64,000 nt of DNA from Lama glama (lineage: Eukaryota), in the NCBI GenBank assembly GCA_028534125.1, contig CM052816.1:9922001-9986000 (forward strand). The letters run 5' to 3'. The translations under genes were made by a program, and so were the position numbers. Below the pieces are notes generated by a model. It made no database searches. It was not told where the DNA came from and saw nothing but the letters and a program-made list of their open reading frames with translations. Below, in pieces: positions 13,036-24,525 of this stretch (its first letter is position 1; the number at the start of each line of letters is the position of its first letter).

Positions 13036-13310
13036 CCAGATGGCACCACTACCTGTCACCAAGGGCATGAGAAGTCTCCCAGTTTGATCTCTGTCCCCTT
13101 TTCTGCTGAACCTGGGAGACTCCTTCATGCCAGCGGCACCGTCATCAATCAAAGCCAGGATGTACATTGCAACTCATCTGCCGTCCCGGAGGAGGTCATG
13201 AGACACAGTGACTACTGCCTTCCTCCCAGAAGCCTTTCTGCCCTACTTTCAAGTATCTCACCTGCCGGCTCCCTTTTGGTGTCAAGTGTGAAAATTGACA
13301 GAAGCGAAGA
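13036..13310 (-). other. Putative non-coding first exon (5'UTR) of a minus-strand gene; tentatively ATP10B exon 1 (recollection, unverified)
   Basis: Minus strand ends ...GCCATCTGG|GTAAGT, a consensus donor with the exon ending at 13036. Unique sequence with some retained CpGs, directly downstream of an ETS site. No recognisable coding exon lies in the next 13 kb or the upstream 50 kb. The 5' boundary is a guess, and the gene identity rests only on recalled resemblance to the human ATP10B mRNA 5' end. Confidence 0.45.
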
Positions 13311-13720
13311 GGAGAAGGAAGAGGAAGTGAAGAAGCTGTGTGGGAGGGGAAACTTCAAAAAAAGGAGGTTAGGGAGGGCCACCTGTAATCTGTTTTCACA
13401 TTCCTCCTCCTCCCCGTTTCTTTCCTTCCTTGAGTTTCTTCTTTCTCCTTCTCACTAACTGGCCCTGTGCTTGCTCTCCCGTCCACCCGTCTCCTTCCGG
13501 CCTCGAGTCTTTGTTCATCCCACTCTTTTCCCTCTGCCATAGCTTTCCATCCATTTCTTCTCTGTTCCCTTTTCTGCCCTCTCATCCCCTTTCTCCTCTG
13601 CCTTCCTCTTTCTTTCTCAGCTTCTCTTCTCTTTTTCTAACATTTCCCCCTGACTTTTAACAGATTCCATGCGCTCTGTCTGAATTTTTTTTCTCTTATC
13701 TTATTCTCCATCTCTCTCTC
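13311..13720 (-). promoter_or_regulatory. Putative TATA-less promoter with ETS site, E-box and polypurine/polypyrimidine tract
   Basis: GAGGAAGTG at 13321-13329; CACCTG at 13380-13385 (another at 13259-13264); several CpGs at 13479-13505; strongly CT-biased + strand over 13400-13720. Confidence 0.45.
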
Positions 13721-15091
13721 CTTCTCAACTAGATTCTAGAATAGTCTTTATCTTGAATACTACTTACCTCCTCTTTCCCTGGCCCTACTTCTCCTTATCC
13801 TTCAAGTTTCACCTTCCATATCACTTATTTCCTGACATCCATCCCCTTCTAACATTCACTTTTTAAGGGAAGAAATTTCTTTAGAGAATTTTTTTCCCTA
13901 GTAGAGATTTCAACTAAATATCAAAATATTTAAAGGCAATAGATCAAAACCCATTCTATCACAAACATAGTAACACAATCTTGCAAATTATTTTCTAGCT
14001 GGCTTTATAAATTTTGCATCTCTTCTAAATGGATAATTTCATCAAATGTAATTCTCTTTAAACTAACAGCAATGGCACAAAAAGATAACAAATGTTGTCA
14101 TTTCTTGAACATCTACTACATACACATCGCTCCATATATTACTTAGGTTCTAAAGCTTTGGATTTCCCTGCCTATCCACACACATAATCTGATTTTTAAA
14201 GCTATTTCATGGGGAATATTGTTTTTAAATGAGCAGACGCTAATTACTGTATTTACATTTTTACTGCCCTGTTAATGAATATTGACAACCTGTAGGTCTT
14301 GAATAGAAAAATTACGTGTGGCCCCCTAGAGGCCTTTGAGTGGTTTTCTTAATGAATGTCTGTGCTTTATCTCTTATTAGTTTAGAAATATAAAGATGTA
14401 ATGCTGGGGAAAAAAGCAATACTGTTTCTTAAAAAGTGGAACACACAAATTCTGAGTTAAAGTTCAAGTGTCATTACTAGCAAGAGGCAGCCTGTCATAG
14501 GCGAGGCGTTCTGCAGAGGGTGGAGAAGCTTGGTTAACCTTGTTTTTAGCAGAGAGGCATCAGTGTTTCCTTAAAGTCTGTCATTCCAGTAGTTGACCAA
14601 GTGCAAAAACAAGCTTAGGGCTTACAAACAAAACAAAAGAAATTCAGCAAGTCTCTTAAGAAGAGCCCCAATTACCAGACCAGAAAAAAAAAAAAGGAAA
14701 TATCCTACCCAGAACTCTCTCATTTCCAACAAAAACTACAGAAGAGCAGTTAGGGAACATTAAGTTCAAATCCACCACTTTACTAGGAGACACTCTGGTT
14801 ATGATTAAGAATATGAGCTTTAGAGATAAACACACTTGGGTGTGAAGTGTCACTCTGAAACTCACTAGCTGTGCTCTACACTAATAATGGCACCTGTGTG
14901 TCAGGCTGCTGTAAGCATTAAATAGAGGAGGCTCATAATGGCATGGCAACAAAGGGAATGTTCAATCAATACTAACTCTAAGTTCCAGAGAAGGAAAGGA
15001 GATTTCTTGAAGTCACATACTTGGCCAAGAGCAGGATTAAGACCAGACCACCATCAAATTGATTTTTATGCCAATGCTCTTTCAGTTCCTT

Positions 15092-15298
15092 GAGATCATT
15101 AAACTATGGCCCATAGGCCAAATCTGGCCTGCTGTCTGTCTTGTAAATAAAGTTTCATTGTAAGACTGTCACACTTATTCAGTGAAGTATTGCCTATAGT
15201 TGCTTTAGTGCTAAAACAGTAGAGTTGAGCAGTTGCAACCCACAGAGCCAAAACTATTGACTAAAAACTTTAAATAAAAAAAAGTTTGCTGAACCCTG
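15092..15298. mobile_element. MER58A-like hAT-Charlie element
   Basis: 'aaactatggcccataggccaaatctggcctgctgtctgtcttgtaaataaagtttcattg...aagtttgctgaaccctg'. Confidence 0.8.
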
Positions 15299-16255
15299 TG
15301 ACTAGAACTGGACTTCAAGTCTTGATCACTCAGGGAGACTGAGTAAGCTTTAGTATAATCCTTCCTATACCCTTAGGGGTCTTACTCAAAAAGGATAAAG
15401 ATTTGTTGGTGAAACCTGACCTCCCCAAGTCTTAGTTTTGGTAGTTTAAAACAAAAACAAAACCACCACCATAGTAGGAAAGTAATCTGGTTTCTGTAAA
15501 GAACAGACTTCAGATTCAAAATAGTGTTCAGAGTCAAAATCTTTATTTTTTCCAGCCTTCTAGTTCCACTCAAACCTCTAATCTCTACCCTACTTTGCTT
15601 TCCACCCATTTGAGAATTTCTAAACACATTTAAAATTGCTAGGCACCCTGCTTCCCCACATAGCTATGTTTTCTTTATCGGGGTCAAGGAATACCAGTGC
15701 TAATCTGTCCTTAGCCCCCTCTTTGCACAGGTGAAGGACAGGGAAAGTATCTTGTCATCAGTCCCAAGCATGGTGATTTTTTTTTCATTAAATTAAAGCT
15801 TCCCCATGATTTATTTTGTGTTGCTCAACTGTTTAGAGCTTCTGTGGTAGCAAGTACTATCACAGATTCAGAGCTTTAAAATAATAATCATATCCTCTAT
15901 TAAATTATTTTTTAACTGCTTTGCTGGGAGGAAGAAAATCAATGCTCATGAGACAGGGATGAGAACCAACCACCTCATCTCAGTTGCTTAAAATTAAAGT
16001 TATAGACTTGCTTTCAGACACAGTTATAAATACTCCTCTAAGATTGCATTTTTGCCAAGAGATGAGAAGAGGACTTACTGCACTCAAAGGAAAAGAAGAC
16101 CTCATGACCATGGGGAAAGGGAGAGGAAAGTGGATCATGCAGCCAAGAGCAGCAAAATCCAAAGAGGTACTTGGAAATGTTGTTAACAATACACATTTAG
16201 AAGAAATTGTAAATTTACCTGGTAAAAATGTGTGATCTATAAAAGGATTACATTA

Positions 16256-16345
16256 CAGTTGACCCTAGAACAACAGGGTTTGAACTGCATGGATCCACTT
16301 ATATATGGATTTTTTTCACCACATATGAACTATAGTACTACATAA
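16256..16345 (+). mobile_element. Tigger2-like TcMar terminal fragment
   Basis: TA followed by 'cagttgaccctagaacaacagggtttgaactgcatggatccacttatat', like the Tigger2 TIR. Confidence 0.75.
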
Positions 16346-16727
16346 GACAGAAGGCACTGTCACAATCTACAGGGCTGATGGGTTGATTTCTTTATCTTTG
16401 ATTACCAGTTTGTGGATATACAATCAATATATTCACAACTATATGTCCACTAGGCTATACATTTTATAGTAATAGTATAATTGTTCACCATCCCAGTCAG
16501 TTCATGCTCTGACTTCTGAGTTCTCTAAGGGAGTCAATCACCAAAGTATGAACTCTTGTGAGTTTGTCCTATCTCTGGTATCCAGGTTCAATCAGTGACC
16601 AAGTCTTTTTAAGGTTTCCTTTTGAGTTATTTCTTAAACCTATCCTTTGCTTTGTATTTCTATGACATCAATCCAGTTCAGACAACCAATAGTTCTCACC
16701 AAATTACTTCTCATCTGTGTATGGTCT

Positions 16728-17075
16728 TGACATCAAGAGGGAACCCTATAGTCCCACACCCTCCCCCTGCCTCTCGTGTATAGAAAAGCTGAAGTCTCCC
16801 AATGTGCCCTAAATCACCTGCAGGCTCAAGCAGTTGATTAGGACAAGCCTGTAGGCACTGGGGGATGGTGACAACTCTGACTGCCTATCTCAGTGATTAA
16901 CTGAGATGACTTTCCTATTTCCCTTTAAAACTTTCATGGCTGAAAAGAATCTTCAGAGAATTTGTGTGTGTGTGTGTGCGTGTGTGCGTGTGTGTGTGTG
17001 TGTGTGTGTTGGGGGCAGCACTGGGTCCACCAGATTATAGGCATTCTGATTAAAAGCAACTTTTCTTTTCATTAC
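16728..17075 (+). mobile_element. ERV LTR fragment containing a (TG)n microsatellite
   Basis: LTR-like 'ccctttaaaactttc' (TATA-like) and 'attaaaagcaactttt' (polyA signal); interrupts L2-like sequence. Confidence 0.55.
16963..17009. repeat. (TG)n microsatellite with CG interruptions
   Basis: Read directly. Confidence 0.95.
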
Positions 17076-17081
17076 TTAGGC

Positions 17082-17616
17082 TGTTGCCCCCAGGTCCATA
17101 CTCCTGCCCCTCCCTTAAATAGAAACCAATACTTTTATCTAAGTCTCAGGAGCAGGTGCAAAGAGAAAAGAATTTGTTAGAACCAAACTAAGCCCAAGAT
17201 GGCAGAGGATTTGATTTCCAGTGGACCTTCAGCCTTGTTAGACACTCATTGTAATGTATTAGCATGCTAAGTAACACAACACCAATTGATGATGCCATGA
17301 CAACAACCAGAAAAGCTGGTTCAGGGATTGATTGGCTCCATCACACCCTGAAGGAGGACGTGACGGCACAAGCCTCCCATAAAAGTCCACATGGCCAGAC
17401 TCAGAGCTGAGGCCATCTCTACCAGCCACCTTGGCTGATAGCTCCTCACTAATGCCTTTTCCTCATTTGAGCACCTTTTTTTCCTTTTCCTCTTCTGAGC
17501 AATAAAGCAGCTTTTCACTTTGTCCCTCTGCCTCTGCTGTGAATGCTTTCACAGCTGGCGGCAAGGATCCACACTTTGGTAGGCTCCTAGTTTAGGGGTC
17601 TCACTATTTGTTAACA
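17082..17616 (+). mobile_element. ERV1 solo LTR, MER41-like group
   Basis: TG...CA ends; 'aagatggc...gacc...ctcattgtaa...gccatgaca' core shared with the LTR at 29898; cataaaa TATA-like box and aataaa at 17501. Confidence 0.7.
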
Positions 17617-17840
17617 GTCCTTCCTAATTCTAATCCTGTCAAGCAACTATCAAAACAATATTCCTTAGAACAACGTTGATCAAGTATCCTTCTGCTTAAA
17701 TACCTTCAAAATACCCTCTTTAATGAAAGTCCAAACTTCTTACAAGACATTCAAGCAATATCCTTTCCAATCTGGTTTCTAGGGCTTTGCTTTCCTCCTT
17801 GAAAACAGGAATTAATGTATGTGTTTCATGTATATGCATG

Positions 17841-18397
17841 TGTCATGGAGGAAGACATTTTCCTCTCCCTTCTAGGTTCTTCAGACTGTTCTAAGAATTA
17901 AATTGACATGAGACAGATTAACATGAGAAAAATCAAACAAAAGCTGAATATCACGAATACAAGGAAGAGACCCAGTAAAAATGAGTAACTTGCCCAAATG
18001 GCCCTAGTCCTCAGCTTAAATACCACCTTCAGCTAAAGACAATAGAGGATGTTGGGGGTAGTGGTTTGGAACTTTAAAGGGGAGAAAGGCAATTTACTTG
18101 GTAATGGAAAAGCAAATGTTTGGTAAACAAATCTTTGCTGGGCCATGCAAAGACATTAGGACACAGAATAGACTCTGATCTCTAGGCCCTGCCTGAGTTT
18201 CCCCCACCACACCTAGCTCATACTCTTTGCAGATATCTCTTGTGATAACTGTTCCTGAACAGGCTCTTTATCTAAATTCTTTAGGCAGCTAAGGGAGAGG
18301 TAAAAAGAAAGACTTCTGTTTCTTAAAAATAATCATCCTAAATTAATCCTCGTGCCAAAGAGACAAAATTTGGGGTGACAAAATTTGCTTACCTACA
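17841..18397 (-). mobile_element. ERV1 solo LTR, MER34-like
   Basis: Reverse complement begins 'tgtaggtaagcaaattttgtcaccccaaattttgtctctttggcacgaggattaattt', like the MER34A start; TG...CA ends. Confidence 0.75.
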
Positions 18398-18784
18398 AGG
18401 ACAATTGGAGGAGATGGACATAGTGTGAAGTGAGGAGAAAAAAAACACATCTGCCTTTGTGCTATTAAATTTGTGGTTTTCCGGGTCAGTACTAAAAGCC
18501 GTGAGGTTATTTGTTCTATCATCAAACCTTTATTTTCTGCACCTTGAGGTCTGCTGTAGAGGCCACAGAATAATAACTTTTCTCTCTAGATTAAAATTAC
18601 CTCAGGCAGTAAAATCTTGGAGGTTACCTTTTAAGCAATTAAGTTAAATTAATCAATTTAATTGTTCCATTTATAAAACATTTTATATTAACCAAATTTA
18701 AAATTTGGTTAATTCAGTCACTTTGTTGACTGAAAAAATGCACGCACACACACAAAAAGCACAATATAAGGGTTGTGGGTTTCA

Positions 18785-20002
18785 CAAAAGCAAAAATAAA
18801 AAAATGGGACCTAATTAAACTTAAAAGTTTTCGCACAGGAAAGAAACCATAAAGAAAGCAAACAGACAACCTATAGAATGGGAGAAAATATTCGCAAATG
18901 ATGCAATCAACAAGGGGTTAATTTCCAAAACATAAACAGTTTATATAGCTCAGTATCAAAAAAACAAATAAACAAACAAAACAAAAACAAAAACAAAAAC
19001 CAACCCAATCAAAAAATGGGCAGAAGACCTAAACAGACACTTCTCCAAAGAAGGCATATAGATGGCCAATAGGCATATGAAAAGATGCTCAACATCACTA
19101 ATTATTAGAGAAATGCAAATCAAAACTACAATGAGGCATCACCTCACACCAGTCAGAATGGCCATCATCAAAAAGTCTTCAAATAATAAGTGCTGGAAAG
19201 GGTGTGGAGAAAAGGGAACCCTCCTACAGTGTTGGTGGGAATGTAAATTGGTGCAGCCACTAGGGAGAACAGTATGGAGGTTCTTTAAAAAACTAAAAGT
19301 AGACTTACCATACAATCCAGCAAGGTATATATCCAGAAAAGACAAAACATCTTAATTTGAAAAGATACATGTACCCCAATGTTCAAAGTAACATTATTTA
19401 CAATAGTCAAGATACAGGAGCAACATAAATGCCCATCAGCAGATGATTATGTAAAGCTGATATGGTGCATGTGTGTGTATGTGTGTGTATATATATACAT
19501 ACACACAAACAAAAAATACTACTCAGCCATAAAAAAGAATAAAATAATGCCATTTGCAGCAACATGGATGGACCTACAGATTATCACACTAATTGAAGTA
19601 AGTCAAGAAGAGAAAAACAAGTATCATATGATATCACTTATATGTGGAGTCTAAAAAAATGATACAGAGGAACTTATCTACAAAACAGAAATAGACTCAC
19701 AGATAGAAATAAAAATAGAAAACAAACTTATTGTTATCAAAGGAGAAAAGTGGGGGAGGGATACATTAGGGATTTGGGATTAACAGATACGAGCTACCAT
19801 ATATAAAATAGATAAACAACAAGGATCTACTATATAGCACAGGGAACTGTATTCAGTATCTTGTAATAACTTAGAATGGAAAAGAATCTGAAAAAGAATA
19901 TACCAATGCATGTACATGAATAACTAAATCACTTTGCTGTACACCTGAAACTAACACAACATTTTAAATCAACTATACTTAAACTTAAAAAAAATTTAAT
20001 AA
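18785..20002 (+). mobile_element. 5'-truncated artiodactyl-type LINE-1 (ORF2 end + 3'UTR) with 17-bp TSD
   Basis: ORF 19062..19355 is the ORF2p C-terminus '[38 protein letters not shown]'; TSD aagggttgtgggtttca (18768-18784) vs aagagttgtgagtttca (20003-20019). Confidence 0.95.
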
Positions 20003-20099
20003 AAGAGTTGTGAGTTTCAGTTTTATTCAGGGACCTTACAGAGGCCAACAGCCTCTCAGTAGCTCTGAGGGAACTGCTTCAAAGGAGTAGAGGGAGAAG

Positions 20100-20101
<2 letters not shown>

Positions 20102-20151
<50 letters not shown>

Positions 20152-20155
20152 TATA
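20102..20155. repeat. (TA)n microsatellite
   Basis: Read directly. Confidence 0.95.
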
Positions 20156-20582
20156 CAAAATTTTGGCTAGGGAATATGTGCAGTCCAGCACACATCTCAG
20201 TAAAAGATTACTGTTAGTCATAAGGAACAGATATCTCAGTTAATGATTTTAGTGCTTTTCTATGTATGGAAAGATGTATGAATCTGGGTTTATTAAAATT
20301 CTTCCTGAGACATATATCTAACTATCTAAGGGGCCTGTTTTTTCCAAAGCACAGAGTGCCTCATTCTGTTTTTTGTCCAAATTTCTTTCAGGGTACACTG
20401 TTGGTCAGCGACTGCAGTTGCTAATGACTTAATCCTTGTAAAACTGGATGGTGAGTAACATTCTTTGTTTTATAACATTGAAATAGCTTTTTAAAAAATA
20501 TTTGCTATCTTTTTAAAACTTAGTCAATTAAATATCCTAAATTTTTTTTGTTATTATAGGTTAGTTTTGGTTGTTTTTGATT

Positions 20583-20583
<1 letters not shown>

Positions 20584-20636
<53 letters not shown>

Positions 20637-20718
20637 TTGTGTGTATATATATATATTTGTATGTGTATATATATATTTGTATATATATATGTATATATAT
20701 ACATATATATATACACAC
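20584..20718. repeat. Compound (TG)n/(TA)n microsatellite
   Basis: Read directly. Confidence 0.95.
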
Positions 20719-21039
20719 AATGTTGTGTAAATATCCTAAAATTTTAAAAAGTCCATCTACCAACTTAATTTCCCTTTGAAGTATTTTAACTATTTGATTT
20801 AACAAATAAGCGCTTCTTCAGTACTACTGAGTTTTTATAAATATAGTATAATTGAGAAACTCAACAATCTTAGATATTTCAATGCTAGGAATAATACAGC
20901 AAAATCTCAACCTGAAGGGATAAATGTGAATCAATTACTCAATTAACCACTTCATTTTCATTTACAAGGTTGTAATTTCAATTAACTAAGTTTACTTGTT
21001 CATTATAAATATATGGTATTACAAATATGCACATATTCT

Positions 21040-21188
21040 TTCTTTTGAGATACAAATGACATACCCTAAATATTTAAAATGTACAATTTCATAATTTTGG
21101 ATATACGTATACACATGTGAAACCATTACCACAATGTAATAAACACGTCCATCAGCCCCCCTCCCAAATTTTCTCATGCCTCTTTGCA
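21040..21188 (-). mobile_element. Old L1 (L1MC/MD-like) 3' end
   Basis: 'ttttgagatacaaatgacatac...tatacacatgtgaaaccattaccacaat' is a reverse L1 3' terminus. Confidence 0.65.
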
Positions 21189-22055
21189 AAAAATTCTCAA
21201 AACTCAACAATAGGAACTGGATTCCAAGTCAAATTTTAAAATGGGCAAAAGATGTGAACAGATATTTGACCAAAAAGAAAATCAGCACGTAAACACATGA
21301 AAAGATGCTTGACATCATTAGTAATTAAGAAAATGAGAAGTATAACCACAGTTAGATACTCTTATACACCTAATAGGATGACTATAACTAGACTAGCCAT
21401 GCTGAGTATTGGAGAAGATGTGAAGGAACTGGAACTCTCAAACACAGCTGCACTGATACGCAGTAGAATGGAACACCACTTTAAACAAATAATTAGTCAG
21501 TTTCTGTATATAGTTAAGCATATACCTACTATTTAATCCAGCCCTTCTGCTGGAGAAATGAAAGCATACTTTTCTGTAAAGATGTGTACTGGAATGCTCA
21601 GAGCAATTTTATTGTAATAGCCAAATATTGGAATCAACACAAATGTCATAAATGGATAAACACATAGTGTTACATCCATACAACAGAATACTGCTCAGTA
21701 AGAAAAGGAAAGAACTATTCACACCTGCAACAATATGGTGAATCTCAAAATAATCATGCAGAGGGAGAGAAACTAGACAAAAATTACATACTGCACAATC
21801 TTATGTAAAATGCAAGAAAATGCAAACCACTATATAGTGCTAGAAAATATTAGTAGTCTCGGGAAGGAGACAGGAGTGGGAGACATGAGTTAAAAGGGCC
21901 TTAAAGAAAAGTCTGAGGGTTATGGAAACGTTCACTGTTTGACTAGGGTGAAGATTTCAAGGATGTATGCGTGTGTCAAAATGTATCGAGTTATGTAATC
22001 CAACTATGTGCAGTTTATTGTATGTCAATTATATCTTAATCAAGTTTTTAAAAAT
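21189..22055 (+). mobile_element. Old L1 (L1MC/MD/ME-like) ORF2 end + 3'UTR
   Basis: ORF 21297..21536 'MKRCLTSLVIKKMRSITTVRYSYTPNRM...IGEDVKELELS'; 3' end 'tgtgcagtttattgtatgtcaattatatcttaat'. Confidence 0.85.
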
Positions 22056-22257
22056 CAAAACAATTGACCCAGTACCAGTTAAAAAGCTTTTAATTTTTAT
22101 TGCAGAGAATCAAGAAGATCCTTATTTTTTGACTGTCATAGAATATCTGTAAATACAGATAAAACTTAGAAAGATTTTTTGACTTGTATCAAAATTAGAT
22201 ATTGTTTCATATATTTGTTATTACCTTTCTCACCTTATAGATCATATAAGACCCAAA

Positions 22258-22570
22258 TGTATCAATGAGAACATGGTAGGTTATGCTACATTGCAAACAA
22301 CACTAAAATCTCAGTACCTTTGAACTACAAAAGTTATTTCTTAAAACATCACATGCCCACTGTAGATCAGGGGCTCTGCTTATTTTTATGACTCAAGGCC
22401 CCAGGCTAAAGAGCACTCATCAGATTAAATGCTGCCAGGTAACACCTGGGCAGGGTGCTCTGCAGGGTCTTGCAGTGAAGTGCTCAGCCCAGAAATAACA
22501 AAGCTTATCTCCACTCACAACTCTGTAGACAAAGGAGCTAATTTAATGCATATGGTCCTACTCAGTCACA
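22258..22570 (-). mobile_element. MaLR LTR (MLT1J/K-like)
   Basis: 'taggttatgctacattgcaaacaacactaaaatctcagt...acaaaagttatttctt' is a reverse MLT1 3' end. Confidence 0.65.
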
Positions 22571-22710
22571 GGGGCTGATTCACATCCAGGGCAGGATGGA
22601 GCAGGACTGTGTGAGATTTCATCATGCAACTCAGAGGAGCATACAGTTTAAAACATATGAATGGTTTATTTAGGGAACTTTCCATTTAATATTTTTGGAC
22701 TGTGCTTGAA
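22571..22710 (-). mobile_element. MER44-like (Tigger7) DNA transposon fragment
   Basis: 'tgattcacatccagggcaggatggagcaggactgtgtgagatttcatcatgcaactcag...ttccatttaatatttttggac' matches recalled MER44 after CpG decay. Confidence 0.8.
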
Positions 22711-23016
22711 ATAGTTCACAGTAATCCTCATTTATCTGTCATTATAAAAATGAGTATGACAATGAGAAGAGGGACTTCTGTTTTTGTTTTGCTGTGTTTT
22801 GTTTTTCATTATGTTTTGTTTCATTGTTCAAAACCTAAACCTCTCATTTGTTGAACTGAATATCAAGGACCTTCAGGGTTAGCGTATCCTGATGAAGAAT
22901 CATGCCTCCCTTTTATGATGTTCACCAGTTGCATGCACCTACCTTACCACATTCTTTCCTTTCTTTCACTTTGAGCATACCTAAATTTAACAAAGTCCTG
23001 TTTACTTAAACTGAGG

Positions 23017-23516
23017 NNNNNNNNNNNNNNNNNNNNNNNNNNNNNNNNNNNNNNNNNNNNNNNNNNNNNNNNNNNNNNNNNNNNNNNNNNNNNNNNNNNN
23101 NNNNNNNNNNNNNNNNNNNNNNNNNNNNNNNNNNNNNNNNNNNNNNNNNNNNNNNNNNNNNNNNNNNNNNNNNNNNNNNNNNNNNNNNNNNNNNNNNNNN
23201 NNNNNNNNNNNNNNNNNNNNNNNNNNNNNNNNNNNNNNNNNNNNNNNNNNNNNNNNNNNNNNNNNNNNNNNNNNNNNNNNNNNNNNNNNNNNNNNNNNNN
23301 NNNNNNNNNNNNNNNNNNNNNNNNNNNNNNNNNNNNNNNNNNNNNNNNNNNNNNNNNNNNNNNNNNNNNNNNNNNNNNNNNNNNNNNNNNNNNNNNNNNN
23401 NNNNNNNNNNNNNNNNNNNNNNNNNNNNNNNNNNNNNNNNNNNNNNNNNNNNNNNNNNNNNNNNNNNNNNNNNNNNNNNNNNNNNNNNNNNNNNNNNNNN
23501 NNNNNNNNNNNNNNNN
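23017..23516. other. Assembly gap (500 N) flanked by an exact 199-bp duplication
   Basis: 22818-23016 reads identically to 23517-23715. Confidence 0.97.
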
Positions 23517-23719
23517 GTTTCATTGTTCAAAACCTAAACCTCTCATTTGTTGAACTGAATATCAAGGACCTTCAGGGTTAGCGTATCCTGATGAAGAATC
23601 ATGCCTCCCTTTTATGATGTTCACCAGTTGCATGCACCTACCTTACCACATTCTTTCCTTTCTTTCACTTTGAGCATACCTAAATTTAACAAAGTCCTGT
23701 TTACTTAAACTGAGGGTCT

Positions 23720-24525
23720 CTTTAGAACCCAGCATCAGCTCTCCATGGCCATCAGTACCACCTTACTGCACATTCTCATTCCTCTCAAACCAAGGTCATT
23801 TTGATTATCTGTATACTGATTTCTGTGCTTAGAGTCTCTGTCTTCCTTCTCATCACACACAGAGCACCAGAGTCATCTATTTGACATGCAAATATTACTG
23901 TTTCACTCGTCTCTGAGTGAATAATAAAGAACTGTAGAGGTCTTTAAGGGAAAGTTCATAATCATTACTGTTGCATAAATGTTCCTTCAGATCCAGCCTA
24001 GCAGACCTTGCCAGTCTCCTTCCTGGTAACTGCCCCACACAACCACCACCTACCCCCTCACACACTAGACTTTGTCTTTCCCTAATTATGGTATGCTCTT
24101 ACGGGCCTTCTTACCTTTGTGCTGTCACCTGGCACTGGAATGATTCTCTCCTCTCCGCCCATTTGACAGATTCCTGCTTGACTACTCACATGTCTTCTCT
24201 GATGTCTTCTTTGGCCTTCTAAAGTAGAGACATCTCTCCCCTCATGCCCATAAAATTGTGTGTTTTCTCCAATGTGGTATTAGTCATATGATACCTAGTC
24301 ATATGGGTGATTTTATATAGGGGTCTTCTCTACTAGTATTAGCTTTCAAAGCCTTCACTATGTCATTTTAATCACCTTGCCCAATATATATGATACCCAG
24401 ATATATGATATTCAATATATATGATCTTATTTTACATCCAATATATATTGCACATTGTGCCTTCGCCAGTGGCTAGCAGAGACTAGATACAAGATAAGGA
24501 ACCAATGAATGTTTGTGAAATGAAA
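23720..24525 (+). mobile_element. Degraded L2 3' region
   Basis: CT-rich L2-like text ending 'caatgaatgtttgtgaaatgaa'. Confidence 0.6.

Larger units (their letters stand above)
18724..20477 (-). mobile_element. ERV1-type solo LTR split by an L1 insertion (pieces 18724-18784 and 20003-20477), with (TA)n expansion
   Basis: TG...CA ends; 'ttttatt' (reverse aataaaa) just after the L1; the two parts join through the L1 TSD. Confidence 0.7.

Noticed and set aside
12613..13167. 184-aa minus-strand ORF as a protein-coding gene
   Set aside because: It reads through a consensus splice donor and a 100-N gap into a MER63-like repeat; no recognisable domain.
13021..13458. 145-aa plus-strand ORF
   Set aside because: Antisense to the putative first exon and promoter; low-complexity C-terminus; no recognised homology.
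20520..20805. Tyr/Ile/Cys/Val-rich ORFs
   Set aside because: Translations of (TA)n/(TG)n microsatellites.
21040..22055. Twin-primed (5'-inverted) L1
   Set aside because: Both pieces contain a 3' terminus and point away from each other, with no TSD; they are better read as two separate old insertions.
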